DNA of 64,000 nt from Stegostoma tigrinum (Eukaryota): the NCBI RefSeq assembly GCF_030684315.1, contig NC_081365.1, positions 47,849,205-47,913,204 of the forward strand, given 5' to 3'. The notes beneath the pieces were generated by a model, which saw only the letters and a program-made list of their open reading frames with translations, was not told the DNA's origin and ran no database searches. Positions 13,160-26,992 of the stretch are shown here, in pieces. The position numbers and the translations under genes are program-made. Positions within the stretch are counted from its first letter, which is position 1, and every line of letters begins with the position of its first letter.

Positions 13160-13470
13160 TTCATGCAACTGAATGAGTTGTAGGCCATTGCAAAGAGCAG
13201 TTAAGGTTCAAGCAGATTGCTGTGTGTTTGGAATCACATGTAGGCCAGACAAGGTAAGGCAGCGGTTTCTCTTCCTGAAAGGACGCTAACAAACCAGATA
13301 GGTTTTGACAACAATCAACAACGGTTTCATGAGCATAATTAGACTTTAATTTCATATTTTATTGAATTCAAATTCCACTATCTGCTATGATGTGATTCAA
13401 ACCCAGGATAAGTTCCTGGGTTTCGGGATTATTAGTCCAATGACATTCCCACTATGCCTTCATGTCCCCT
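13160..13470 (-). mobile_element. tRNA-derived SINE; copies at about 27665-27930 (+) and 30730-30970 (-)
   Basis: Mutual similarity between copies; B-box-like ggtt(t/c)(g/a)aatc in the head. Confidence 0.6.
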
Positions 13471-15739
13471 GGAGAGAGCAGAACGTAGTGGAAGCACACA
13501 GCTTCTAGAAGAACCTGTTGACAATTTTATTAGTGATCCTTATACATAGTCAGAATTTTGTGATTGTGGTGATTCATTACATTTAGACAGAATTGTCGTC
13601 AGAATCTTTGATGTAATATACTGTTTGATTGCAATATATTCCACACTGGAAAACGATTTCCAAGATGGTGTTAGAAGCTAAACTCCAAAACAAAACAAGA
13701 GATTGATGGAAACAGAAAACCACCGAGTTGAAGAATATCGTCAGATATTGTCAACTTTCTAAGTTACAGAAATACCAAAACGTCACATGATGGATTAACA
13801 CAGTGTGTTCTGATAATGGAAGTAACTGTTACAAATGTTGATTTAAATCAAAATCACGTCCATACAATATCCAGCTTTGGTATGACATTGCATCTTTTTT
13901 TGAAGAACCTGGGACATTCCCAGAGAACTTGGAAAAGGTCAAAAACAACATTTGACCCATAAAACTGATCATACTTATTTCCACAAGGAAGTTAATACCC
14001 TACAGCCAGCACCATTGGAAGAAAGAGCAGCCTGCTAAGAGATATTTGGCAGTCATAAACTCAAGTAAAAACTTTTAAGCCATTATTACCATGGGACTTC
14101 TCCCAGGTACCAGAATATCGTCAGATTCTTTTTCTTCTTTCTCTCCAGCTGTGTCCACAGGCAGCTCCAGAGGATGGGATACCCCCATACTGATGGGCAA
14201 AAGTCTGTCTCTCCACCATTTTTTTTTAACATAATGATTGTGGGATGGGCTTTATCTGTTATTTGCTGACTAATTTTCATTCTGGGGGAGCAAACAGTCT
14301 CACTCTTTCTCCAAGGTAGTATGCAGCCCCAAACATGGAGGCATGAAGCAAAGTAGGTTAACTGTTCCTATTTGATTGATGGTGTGCTATGGATGGGACA
14401 TGGAATCAGCATGCTTTCCTTTACACTCACAGTACAACTTTCCACCAGCAGATGGCAGTGAGTTTCAATATCCTATACAATGTATTGTTCTGGTTCTACA
14501 CTTAAGGGGCTGCATTTTATGGCAATGGATCATGTGACCTTTCTGTGTGTTCCTCCATTCTTGGGATTGGCAAGCAAATGTCATGATGCTTTTCTGTCCA
14601 ATAATATGCAAGTAGAGATGAAATCAGAAGCATGTCTGATGCCAAAAAAATGAGCAATTATTAGATTGTTAAGCCCAATAAATAAGGAATGAAATTTTAC
14701 ACAACCCATGCAATTTTACATTCTAGTACTTGGGTGGAGTGAATCTTGGTAGGTTTTAATAGTTAAAAACTGGAACTGTGTAGGAACTGGAGGGGGACTT
14801 GCACTGAAAAACTAGCTGATATTGCTGCTAGAGGACAGAGATTTATATTTTTGCATTTTGGTGACATATTTTCAAGGTGATACATTGTGAAGGAGTATTT
14901 TCTTTTCAACTCTTTGATGAGGACATGAAATTATGGACACACCATTTCTCAAGTTTTCATTCACCAGTCAAAGATTCACCCTTTCAGAGTCTCTGACGAT
15001 GATTTCCCCATTCTTTTTTTAAAATGGCGGTTGCAAAGAGAGAGAAAGGACTGGCTTTTACTTCTCTGCTTACAGTTGGGAGACAGGGAGAGATGTTTTC
15101 TCCTTCACAAGCTGAATGCTTTTACTGTGCTATTTAAACACAAAGCTATAACTACTGACGGAGGAACACGTCCAAAAGTTGTTAGTATGCTGAGTACTCT
15201 TCAACACATACAATTGGAACTTGTTGCACGACCATTTCATGCCCTAAATACACGTCCAAAACACAAGAGTGTGTAGCATTTCCATTCCCCTGCCATTCCG
15301 TTCCATCATTTCTGTAAAGCAGCATTACAGATATAACACACAATCGGTTCTGGCATCTCATCCTCTTCTAAAATTGAAACATCTTCTTCCACAGATGATC
15401 AATTTAAAATAGAAGTACCTTTTCTATGTTTAAGCCCACCTTCCAAATCTGTATAAAATGTTGTAATTATTTAAGGCCCATGAACGGACCTCTACAGGAC
15501 TCTGCTTGCCGCAGTCTGCAAAACAGAAAATTATCAGCTTATCCCAAAGTTCTGCTTTCTGTAAGTTAGCCAATCCTGAATGTACATGAATAAATCACCC
15601 CAAAACCATGAGTTCACCTTGTGCATTAACCATACCACATCAAATTATTTTTGAAAATCCAAATATGCTATATGCATTCATTCTCTTTTGTACACTTTGG
15701 GAGTTATATCCTCAAAAAAATCCAATAAATTTGTCAAAT

Positions 15740-16709
15740 ATTATGCATGTGTGTGTGGGGTGCAAGAACATGTATGTTGGAGGGCAGAGCGCGTGTTTGT
15801 AGGGTCGGAGAGCTTGTGTGTCGGAGGGAAGAGCGAATGTGTGTCAGAGGGTAGAATGCGTGTGTGTGGGGGTGGTGGTGAGCATGTGTGCATGAGGGGG
15901 AGCGAGAGCGTGTGTGTGTAGGGGTGGAGAGTGTGTGTGCATGGGGTACGGAGAACATATGCGTGTGTCTGAGGGGGGAGTTTGTGTATGTCGGGGGGAG
16001 AGTGTGTGAACATTTGTGTGAGACATGGGGGGAGCACGCATGTGAGAGAGGGGAGAGAGTGTGCCTGTGGGGGGGGGGGGGGGTGGGGGGGTGGGGGAGG
16101 TGGTGAGCGTGTGGGGATGTGGAGACCGTGTGTGTGAGACAGGGAGTGAGAGTGCGTGTGTGGGATGGAGAGCATGTTTGTGCGAGTGAGTGGGGGGAGA
16201 GTGTGTGTGTGTGAGGGGGGGAGCGTGTGTGTCGGGGGTGTAGAGTGTATGTGTATGCGGAGGTGAGTGTGTGTGTATGGGGAGTGTAAGCGCATGTGCA
16301 TAAGGTGGGAGAGCGTGTGTGCGTGGGGTTGGATACCGCCAATGTGTGGGGTGGGAGAGCGAAATGTGTGTCAGAGGGAAGAGCAAATGTGTGTTGGAGG
16401 GCAGAGCCCGTGAGTGTGAGGTGGGAGAACATGTATGTCGGAGGGCAGAACGCGTGTGTGTGGGGTAGGAGAGCGCGAGTGTGGGGTGGGAGAGCGTGAT
16501 GTGTTGGAGGGAAGAGCAAATGTCTGTCGGAGGGTAGAGTGCGTGTGTGTGTGGGGGGGGGGTGAGCATGTGTGTGTGTGTCGGGGTGAAGAGTGTGTGT
16601 GCATGGGGTACGGAGAGCATGTGTGTGTGTCAGGGTGGAGTGTTTGTGTGTGTGTTTGTGTGAGAAAGTGAGAGAGAGTGGGGGGCTTCCCCGCACGCAC
16701 ACGCACACG

Positions 16710-16753
<44 letters not shown>

Positions 16754-16830
16754 CTCTCTCTCCCTCGCCCCTCTCTCTCCCCTCTCACTCTCACTCTGTC
16801 TCTGACACACATACATACACTCACATACAT
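15740..16830. repeat. Degenerate GT/G-rich minisatellite followed by (CGCA)n(CA)n(CT)n microsatellites
   Basis: Directly visible; accounts for the overlapping low-complexity HT/CV ORFs. Confidence 0.92.
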
Positions 16831-17409
16831 GTGAATCAATAGGGTGAATTTATATTTGCAGGTGCATTTTATTTTGTTCAAAAGGCACAAAATTTATAGA
16901 CAAGTCAGTCATATGGTGTTTTATAAATGCCTACTTTAGAAATAAACCCAGTCTGACTCCAAACTAAAACACAAACAGATTCTAAACAAGGTCAAACACA
17001 TACACACACACACTTAACCTACATTGTCTGACCTAAAATATCACCTCTTCTTCACATTGATAAAACCTTTAGTTCTCTTCGGGCCAATACTTGAAAGGAA
17101 TTTGGGGGATTTACATATACATATTAATCAAGTAAAACCTTATAACTGATTAAAAATTTAACAGCACCTGAGGTTTGTTTAGTACATCCTCATCAATGGT
17201 GTGAACCTTTGATGTTTTACTTATAAATTCTGTGTCTGATACCACCTCACTAACACCTGAAGAAGGACTGAGGCTCCAAACGTTTGTTGGGAAAATAAGT
17301 TGAAGTGAAGAGATAAGAACTTTACAAATTGATTTGGCGGGTTTGGTGAATGGTCCAGAACTCAATGCTCAACCTATCAGTTTAGGCAAAATGTTGAAGA
17401 TCACCTAGA

Positions 17410-19790
17410 CTATCTCTAACACATGCCTCACATTCCTGGACCTCTCTGTCTCCATCTCGGGCAACCACCTAGAAACCAATATCCATTTCAAGCCCACCGA
17501 CTCCCACAGCTACCTAGAATACACCTCCCCCCCACCCACCCTCCTGCAAAAATGCCATTCCCAATCTCTGCGTCTCCGAAGCATCTGCTTCCAGGATGAG
17601 GCATTCCACTCCCGGACATCTCAGATGTCCTCGTTTTTCAAAATCTGCAATTTCCCCCTCACCGTGGTCGAGAACACCCTCAACCGTGTCTCCTGCATTT
17701 CCCGCAACTCATTCTTCACACCCCATCCCTGCAATAACAACTGAAACAGAATCCCCCTTGTCCTCACGTTCCACCCCACCAACCTCTGACTCCCATGCAT
17801 CATCCTCCAACACTTCCGCCATCTGCAATCCGACCCCACAACTAAAGACATTTTCCCCTCCCCACCCTTGTCTGCTTTCCAGAGGCACCACTCTCTCCGT
17901 GACTCCCTTGTCAGCTTCCCACTCCCATCCAGCCCCACCACAACTGGCATTTTTCCCTGCAACTGCAGGAAGTGCTATACCTACCTCCACACCACCTCCA
18001 TCACCTGCATCCTAGGCCCCAAGAAGACTTTCCACATCAAGCTGATGTTCACCTGCATATCTGCTGATGTGGTATACTGCATCCACTGTACCCATCTACA
18101 GTCTTGAGGACTGCTTTGCAGAACACCTATTCTTAGTTCGCAATAAACAGCTGCACCTCCCAGCTGCGAACCGTTTCAACTCCCCCTCCCATTCCTCAGA
18201 CGACGTGTCCATCCTGGGCCTCCTGCAGTGCCACAGCGATGCAGGAACACAAACTCATATTCTGCTTGGGAACCCTGCAGCCATAAGACCATAAAACATA
18301 GGAGTGGAGGTAAGGCCATTCAGCCCAACGAGTTGACTCCGCCATTTAAATCATGGCTGATGGGCCTTTCAACTCCACTTCCGTGCACTCTCCCCGTAGC
18401 CCTTGGTTCCTTGTGAGATTAAGAATTTATCGATCTCTGCCTTGAAGGCATCTAACGTCCCAGCCTCCACCGCACTCTATGCCACATGGTATCAATGTGG
18501 ATTTCACAAGCTTAAAAATCTCCCCCCACCGCACCCCAAGACCAGCCAAGCTCGTCCCCGCCTCCCTAACCTGTTCATCCTCTCGTCCCACTTCAAGCCG
18601 CACCCCCATTTCCTACCTGCTAAACTCATCCCGCCCTCTTGACCTATCTGTCCTCCCTGGACTGACCTATCCCCTCCCTACCTCCCCACCTACACTCACC
18701 TTTACTGGCTCCATCCCCGCCTCTTTAACTTGGCTGTCTCCTCTCCACCTATCTTCTCCTTTATCGGTCTTCAATCCGCATCCCCCTCTATCCCTGATAA
18801 CAAAGTGTCGAGCTGGTTGAACACAGCAGGCCAAGCACCATCTCAGGAGCACAAAAGCTGACGTTTTGGGCCTCGACCCTTCATCAGAGAGGGGGATGGG
18901 GAGAGGGTTCTGGAATAAATAGGGAGAGAGGGGGAGGCGGACCAAAGATGGAGAGGAAAGAAGATAGGTGGAGAGGAGAGTGTAGGTGGGGAAGTAGGGA
19001 GGGGGATAGGTCAGTCCAGGGAGGAAGGACTTTAGGATGCAGTGGGGGAGGGGGAGATTTTGAAGCTTGTGAAAGGAAAGGTTGCAGGAACAGCAACTCA
19101 TATTCTGCTTGGGAACCCTGCAGCCCAATGGTATCAATGTGGATTTCACAAGCTTCAAAATCTCCCCTTCCCCCACTGCACCCCAAAACCAGCCCAGCTT
19201 GTCCCCTCCCCCCACTGCATCCCAAAGCCAGCCCAGCTTGTCCCCGCCTCCCTAACCTGTTCTTCCTCTCACCTATCCCTTCCTCCCACCTCAAGCCGCA
19301 CCTCAATTTCCTAGCTACTAACCTCATCCCGCCTCCTTGACCTGTCCGACTTCTCTGGACTGACCTATCCCCTCCCTACCTCCCCACCTATACTCTCCTC
19401 TCCACCTATCTTCTTTTCTCTCCATCTTCGGTCCGCCTCCCCCTCTGTCCCTATTTATTCCAGAACCCTCTCCCCATCCCCCTCTCTGATGAATTGTCTC
19501 GGCCCGAAACATCAGCTTTTGTGCTCCTGAGATGCTGCTGGGCCTGCTGTGTTCATCCAGCTCCACACTTTGTTATCTTGGATTCTCTAGCATGTGCAGT
19601 TCCCATTATCTCCCCCTCTCTCCCTATTTATTTCAGAACCCTCTTCCCCTCCCATATTTCTGAAGAGGGGTCTAGGCCCGAAATGCCTGTTTTCCTGCTA
19701 CTAAGAAGCTGCTTGGCCTGCTGTGTTATCCAGCTTTACACCTTGTTATCTTGGATTCTCCAGCATCTGCCGTTCCTATTATCTCTGCAG
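17410..19790 (+). mobile_element. Nested Penelope-like (family A) cluster: RT-tail/GIY-YIG fragment plus tandem and inverted terminal repeats, interrupted by a CR1 3' end
   Basis: High similarity to 43200-44550. Inverted arm at about 18795-19075, repeated 3' ends at 19078-19612 and 19612-19787. Confidence 0.9.
18284..18480 (-). mobile_element. CR1 3' end inserted into a Penelope-like element
   Basis: Reverse complement of about 11085-11280. Confidence 0.85.
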
Positions 19791-22700
19791 CTAAAATGCA
19801 TGCCTGATCCAAGCAGTAGGCCTCTTACAGTTTCAATATTGGCAGGAATTATCCTTTATAGGCCTCCTGCACAATTTTTTTCTGATTGAAAGTGGTGTTG
19901 TAAGTCACTAAATAATACAGAAATTAACTTGTATAATTTCCTCAATATTTTATTGGCTGTTGTCTCAAATACATCAGCAAACAATAAGAAAAATAATTCA
20001 CAAAATTATCCTTGTTTAATTTGCCATTGTTGCTTCCTTGAAAAACAAATTGAGAACCTAAGGTCAGCAGGTAAGGAAAAATGGAATAACCACCTGTAAA
20101 TGTTATGTGCGGAAGATGGTCTGCAAGGTGCACTCTAAGATTTAGAAATCTGACGTGGATCCCAATCACCATGATTTATAATGTCAAACTATAACTTCTG
20201 CTGACCCTCTTTGCTTTTAGATTTTTCTTTGTTTAAAAATTAAGCATGTTGTAAACTGGATGCATAGGCTAATCTGAACCATTACATCTCCAATGGAGGT
20301 TCACAGTTATGCTGGCAGATTATTGTAAAAGCATACCTGGTTTATTAACTCTCTTTAAAATGATGGAATCTGCCATCTTTTCTCTGATTTGGCCCCTAAT
20401 TGACTTCAGTTCTATACCAGTGTGGAAAACTTTTAACTGCCCTCTAAAATGGGCTCAGAAGGCCCGCTAGGAAGCAGCAATATATTCTGCCATTGCTAAC
20501 AATGCCACCCTCCTGGGAATGGATGTAACAGATTGAGGACAGTGAGTAACCTCACAGGGAGACAAGTGAATTATAGAACATAGGAAATAGGTTTCTCAGC
20601 AATACGTTAAAAAATGGCTTATGCGTAGGAATGTGGAAGACTGTCTTCTTAACATCCAAGTTGGTACTTACTATGTATCCTGGCAGAATGCACAAACTAG
20701 GACTGGGTACTATTTAATGTTATTTTTATTTTGTTGGGCTAATATGCACATTCCTCACTGGAAGCACTGCTTACCACATTTGGAAATCACAGGTAGGCTA
20801 ATATCCCATGATTTTCCATCTTGCATATGCAAATCACTGTATAAAAGTAAAGTATCTGAACCTATGGCGCATGGCCAGCAGTGATTCAAGAAGGCAGCTC
20901 ACAACCACCTTCTCAAGGGCAACTAGGGCAGACAATAAAGGCTGACCATCCAATGACACAAAGGTCCCACAAGTGAATTTAAAAAAGCCTTAGTATTAAA
21001 AACTCGAAGTCCAGTAATGATTCATCGCTCTTCTTTTGTATCAAAACAACAAGTAAAAAAGCTCGAAACAGGTAAACAATATTTTAGTTATTTATGTCAA
21101 AAAAGGAACAGTTTATCTCTCCTGCACTACCTTGTATGTATATTCCAATTGGCCAGTTTATAGAAGTCTCACATTTTAGCTTACTGAATAAAACGCAACA
21201 AAACACGATCACATGAATAGCCATGACATTATGTAAATCAGCACATGAAATTAAAGCCACCATATTTTTATTGAAGTAAATTCAAAACTGTTCAAATATA
21301 TATTTCCAGCATTTAATCAATTTAACTTTAATCAATTTTACATTTTTGAGGCAGATATATTTTCAATGATAATGATACTATATATTAACATATAAACGTA
21401 ACATTGCTTTGCCCATTATTTTGTATGAGGTTCAACCACTTAAAATTGATGGATATTAAAATAATTTTTAAAAATATATCGTACGAATGGTGTAACCCTT
21501 TGTTTATGCTAATGGCAAAGTGCAATGTATAATTTGAACCAATTTATAATCTTGCCAAGGAATGTTATCAATGTATGGCTGTAGCCTTGTTTCTTTTTAT
21601 TTGTAATCCTAGTTTTAGGTTAAATTGCTTGTAGTTAGAAGTTAAAAATGGAAAGTCCCCCTGAATTGTCAACTAATCTACGACCCTCAAGGGAATTTAA
21701 TTGCAATCAATCCAAAACAAAAATGAATTACCTATCAGAAAATGAGTAAATTCAAGAGCAAGAAACCAAAATGCAGTAAATTAAAGCCATAACTTAATAA
21801 GCAACCTGTGAAAGCACATGACTGTGGTTATGTGTGGGATACCCGTTACCCAAAGGAGCTCCTGCAGTGTTAAAAATTTTTATGATCTCACCAGGTCACA
21901 AAGCCATTCACTCTGAAATTGTTATCCTCACTCTGGTCAGAAGGTACAGGTTCAACTCCCCCTGAAAATTAATTTGTATAGTTATTCAACCATGAGGTGT
22001 ATGCTCTGAAGTGTTTAAAAGATGATACAATTGTTCAGAGGGAAAACTGTAAAATTTGGCCTAAAAGGAGGAAGGGGGAATGCCCAATACAGGCCCTAAA
22101 GCTCCAAAACATTTTCATGCCTTCCAGTGCAGATCCTGAGCCTGTCAGAAATGCATGATTCTGCCACTATTGCTACTCAGCCACCTCTTTTCAAAATTGA
22201 GCAAATTTGACAAGATATTTGATGTTAAATTCATTCTTTAAAGTGTCAAATATGTAATCTGCAGTTGGTAATTCTGCTTCCAAATGTTATAGCTGTAGTA
22301 ATTAGTAAACTTGGCGCCGTTAAACTGTTAAAGAATTTATTGTACAATACCCCTCTGTGTCAATCCCTAATTTTCCCTGAATGGCAAGTCCCAGACTGCA
22401 ATTTAAATTAGTAATCAAGGATGCTTAATATGTGGAATAAACACATCAACGCATCAGATTGTTGGTTCTAACTGACTGACCAGGATCATATTGTTCTGGC
22501 AGAGCTCATATCCTTCTGATAATTTCTTTGGCTTTCCAAGGTAAGGAATTGACTACCTTTCTGTAGCAATGGTTGAGAGTTCCTTAATCCCTCATGGCAG
22601 CTGATAGATGAGTTAGATGGAAGTCATCGACCAGTGTGGTAATTCCACAGTCTATCCCAGCACCCCCCCAAATGTGGCCACTTCATTGATATATTACTGA

Positions 22701-22889
22701 AGATGCATCCATAGTAAAGGATTAGGTTGAAGGAATAATGCCCAATCCAGTTGATGGTATTAGTTTGAGCTTCAAATTTAGCCACAAACAACCCACCTGA
22801 TCTCTATCATGAAATAGAATTTCAGGACAAGCTAAAAAGGGAAGCTGAAGATAGTTGACCAATCAAAATTAACTGGAAGACTGCTAAAA

Positions 22890-24200
22890 ATTGCACTTTT
22901 GTTTAAAATAGAGCGAGGGGTGGACTGAATAGTTACAGGCCAGTTAGTCTAATGTCAGTTTTGTGCAAATTGGTGGATTGAGAGGGGCAGGACAATCTGC
23001 CAGCTAGGCATGAAATAATCAAGAGTTGTTGGCATGAATTTCATAGGACGATCATGCTTGACTAACTTGATTGAATTTTTTTAGGACCTAACAAAGAAGA
23101 TTTTTGGGGGTCATGCAGTTGATGTGATATACAGTGATTTTAGTAAGGCTCTCAACAGGGTTCCATACAACACAGATTAAAAGTAATGGGAATGTGGCAA
23201 ACTTGATATAAAATTGGTTCAGTGATGGAAGCAATAGATAATTGCTAACCAGTGTTTTTGCAACATGAAGGCTATTTCCAGTGAGGTTTTGCAGGGTGCA
23301 GAATTAGGTCTCCCTGCCTTTTGAGGTACATATTAATGATTTAGACTGAAATGTAGCAGCATGATCAAGACTTTTGCAAATGACAGAAAAATTGGCCACA
23401 GGGTTGATAGCAAGGAGGGAAGCTTAGATTATAAGATATAAACAATGTAACAAATGGAATTCAACTTGAAGAAGTAGAAGGTAAATCATTTGAGTAAAAC
23501 AAATTAGGCAAAGGAAGATGTAGAGGAACCACAGGGTGAATTTCCACAGATTCCCAAAAATAGTAGAACAGATCAGTAATGTGGTTAAAAAATACATATT
23601 GAATATTATTAGCCAAGGCATAGAATGAAGGCAGGGAGGTTATGCTGGAGCTATTTAAAACACTTGAGTACTGTGTATAGTTCTGGTCAGCTTGTTCTGA
23701 AAAGGGCAGAGGGCACTGAGGGGATTTGCAAGGATGTTTCCAGGACTGGAGAAGTGCAGCTATGAAGAAGGATTGGATATGTTGAGGTTTTTCTTGGAAT
23801 ACAAGACTTAGGGGAGACTTGTTGGAGTGCACAAGGTTGAAATCAGGTGGAACAAAGTGGATAGGAAGTGCTTTGTAACCTTAGCAAACCAGCCAGTGAC
23901 AAAGGAAAGGTTTGGTGGGGCGGCGGGGTGCATAGACTGAAAGTGACTGATAGAAGGATTGGGAGGAGATGACATTTTGTTTCACCTAGCTGATGGAGTC
24001 TGAAACACACGGCCTGAAAAGTTTGTAGAGGCAGGTCCCCTTGACTCATTTAAAGGTATCCAGATTTGCTGCTGAAGTTCCGTTACATCAAGGGTCACAG
24101 CCCACGCACTAGAAAATGGGATTAGACTGGTTAGGTTGTTTTTGTTTCAGCAGTTGCAGACACAATAAACAGAGTGGACTCTTTCTGAGATACATATTTT
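22890..24200 (+). mobile_element. Degenerate CR1 RT-to-3' fragment
   Basis: YRPVSL.S, SCLTNLIEFF and D.IY.DFSKA remnants, plus a CR1-like tail. Confidence 0.75.
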
Positions 24201-24404
24201 TCTATATTTTCTGCATATAAAGTTCCGAAGAGATGTGCAGGGTACAGTTTAGGGACACGTAGTGGGGAAGCATGTGCATAGTTCCTAAGGAAGGCCAGCA
24301 CAGACACATTGCGTCGAAATGCCCTCTACTGTGCTGTAATGATTGTAAATATTTTGCACCAAATCATTATCTTTATGTGGAGTTACTGGTGTTGGACTGT
24401 GGTG

Positions 24405-24545
24405 GAAAAAGTCAGAAGTCACAGGATACCAGGTTACAGTCCAGGTTTATTTGAAATCACAAGTTTTCAGGGCATTGCTCCTTCGTTAGGTGAAGGAAAT
24501 TAACCTGTTGGACTATAGCCTGGTGTCATGTGACTTCTAATTTCA
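24405..24545. mobile_element. Short palindromic family-C element (probably PLE-derived)
   Basis: Inverted ends agaagtcaca...tgtgacttct; minus strand CAC-CTAACGA-A-GGAGCAATGCCCT-GAAAACTT-GTG. Confidence 0.65.
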
Positions 24546-26750
24546 TTACATTTAGCGTGTACACATCAGATGACTTTTCATAAGAAGTGTGCAACGCTGC
24601 CCTTGTCTAAAAACGGATCTAGCCGGTGAGTTATTTCCCTTCTGTTGTTTTTTGCGGATTTAAGATCAGTGCTTGCTGTGTGCAATCATGATTTAGGACA
24701 TTGTAACTAACAGGAAAATAGTCAGCTTCCCGTTTGAGGTGTGATAAAGGTTGGTGGGAATTCCAAAGAAAATTCAGACTGACATTACCAAACTGTACAG
24801 GTTCCTTCACTTTGACAGGATCAAGACTGAAGCAAGTTAATCCGCAGACTACAATAATTATTTGTTTCCTTAAACATGGCAAATTTGTAATTTTTTAAAT
24901 TCCTACATACAATACTGAGAAACACTAGTTGTGAAACATATTAGGCTCAAAAATATTGTTAAGGAATAACATTGTGTGATTAACCCACACCTATTGCTTC
25001 TGAAACAGGTAAAATGTAAATGCGATGCTATTAACTGATTTGTGATTTCTGCATGTAGCCAATGTTAAGGATGCTTTTGAATGGCCGCATGCCTGAGCAC
25101 TGGAACAAAGTCAGGTGTCACTGAGGCCATGGTCAGCAATGGGGCTGAAACCATGTAAAGATGACAGTATCCACAGACTTCATTTTCCTTCTCACACTCA
25201 ACTTCCTCCTTATCCAGAATCACTAATTATTTGAAAGTTGCAGATGATGTAGGCATACAATACTGTTGCCCCACCTCAAGCAGACCCTTGTGCCCGTCTC
25301 TATTCAGAAACACAGAAGCTATCATCTGATAAATCAGTGGTGAAAAAGGAGAGAGTAAGAGCAAAGAAAAGCAGGAAGAAAGTGAAAGTAGGGAGCTCTG
25401 AGGATGGAACAATGTCACACACTCCCACAATTGCCGTTGTCAGCTCAACAACTATGCCAATGCACACTTTCGGGGCAGCACAGGGGTGGAATCTTTATGC
25501 GGACACAAAGAGCCTGGGCAGTAAGAAGTGCCAGCTCTCAAAGGACAAGGCTGTTCTGGAGCTTACTGCAGAAATTTTAATTGAGGATGTCAGTGACGTA
25601 GCCTACAACAAAGGGATGCTCAATTAACTGACGCACCTCCGAGAAAGCCTGCGCTCATGTCAGAGAGCAAGGATCTGTGTCAGGGCTTTGCAGAACTTGT
25701 ACCATCCTTTCCAGCAAGGAAATGGTTACTAACCCTATTAGAACACTTGCAAAGCCCAGTAAGTTGTATGATGTTTCAGCTTCATTTGCAGAGTTAGCAC
25801 AAAGCACCCAACCTCTTGAGTACCGTGGTGAAAGCTCAGACGGAAGTCCCCGAAACGCAGATATGAATGCTCAAAAGGCATAGTGGGGTTTCACAGTATT
25901 CTGCAGGTTTGTTCTCTCACTTATTGTTTTCATTATTGACATGCTAAAATGTAAAAGTACCAGTGGTTCCTTGGGAGCTTGCCTTCTCTTTGTCCTCTGT
26001 CCAATGCTATACCCTTTGCTGTTGCCAGTCAGTTAGCCAATCCGTGCTTCTGCACCACTGTTGAACTGCTTTTTCATAATTTGGGTCATCCAGGGCCAAA
26101 TCTTTGAAATCAGACCAAAATTCCTCACTATGTGCCAAACTACTTTATGTGTGTTGACTTCAGCAACATTCAATAACAGTGTAATTCACTGGGCACTCCT
26201 TCTGATTAAGTACCAACCACTAAAAACTAATAAGCAACTTTGCTGATGATTTCTCAAATTTTGTTATTTTTATTCATTTGTGTAGTGTAAGTATTGCTTA
26301 GCAGGCCAGCATTTATTGCCTATTGCTAATATATTTGATGGGAGCTTCTATCCATTGCTCAACACATATTCAACATTGCCTTGTTAAGACAGGGTGTTGT
26401 CTGGAATGCTCAGGTCAAAATGCCACAATTGATGCCAAATTTCCCTTACATGTTGGCTTGCAATACTGTCTACCTTCATTCCATAATTTTGATGCACACC
26501 CATTGGGCCCACACAAATTGTCTTACCAAAATGATGGTCAGTGTAAGTAGCAACTGAACAAATGATGCTCATCATATGAGAAATAGAGTGCCTGTGGAAA
26601 AATCATTCAGCTGGTCATAATTTGTCAAATAAACTTCTGTTGGAACTGCTGCAAATCCACATAATGCTTTATATGTACTGGTTTCTAAATAGAATTTAGG
26701 TATTTCACATTTGGCCTGGAACAAGACACAAAAAAAATTCCTATACTAGG

Positions 26751-26992
26751 TTAAAATTGTAATCAGAGATAATGGGAACTGCAGATGCTGGAGAATCCAA
26801 GATAACAAAGTGTGGATCTGGATGAACACAGCAGGCCAAGCAGCATTTTAGGATCACAAAAGCTGACATTTCGGGCCTAGACCCTTCAGAAAAACTTTTT
26901 CTGATGAAGGGTCTAGGCCCGAAACATCAGCTTTTGTGCTCCTAAGATGCTGCTTGGCCTGCTGTGTTCATCCAGCTCCACACTTTGTTATC
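26751..26992. mobile_element. Short PLE family-A palindrome with hammerhead core at 26901-26928
   Basis: Inverted arms; TSD tcctatactaggt. Confidence 0.88.

Noticed and set aside
13790-13840. SDNGSN motif suggesting a hAT/integrase remnant
   Set aside because: Flanked closely by stops, with no other supporting motifs.
15688-16890. Long overlapping ORFs (up to 360 aa)
   Set aside because: HT/CV low-complexity translations of GT/CA repeats that lack stops by composition.
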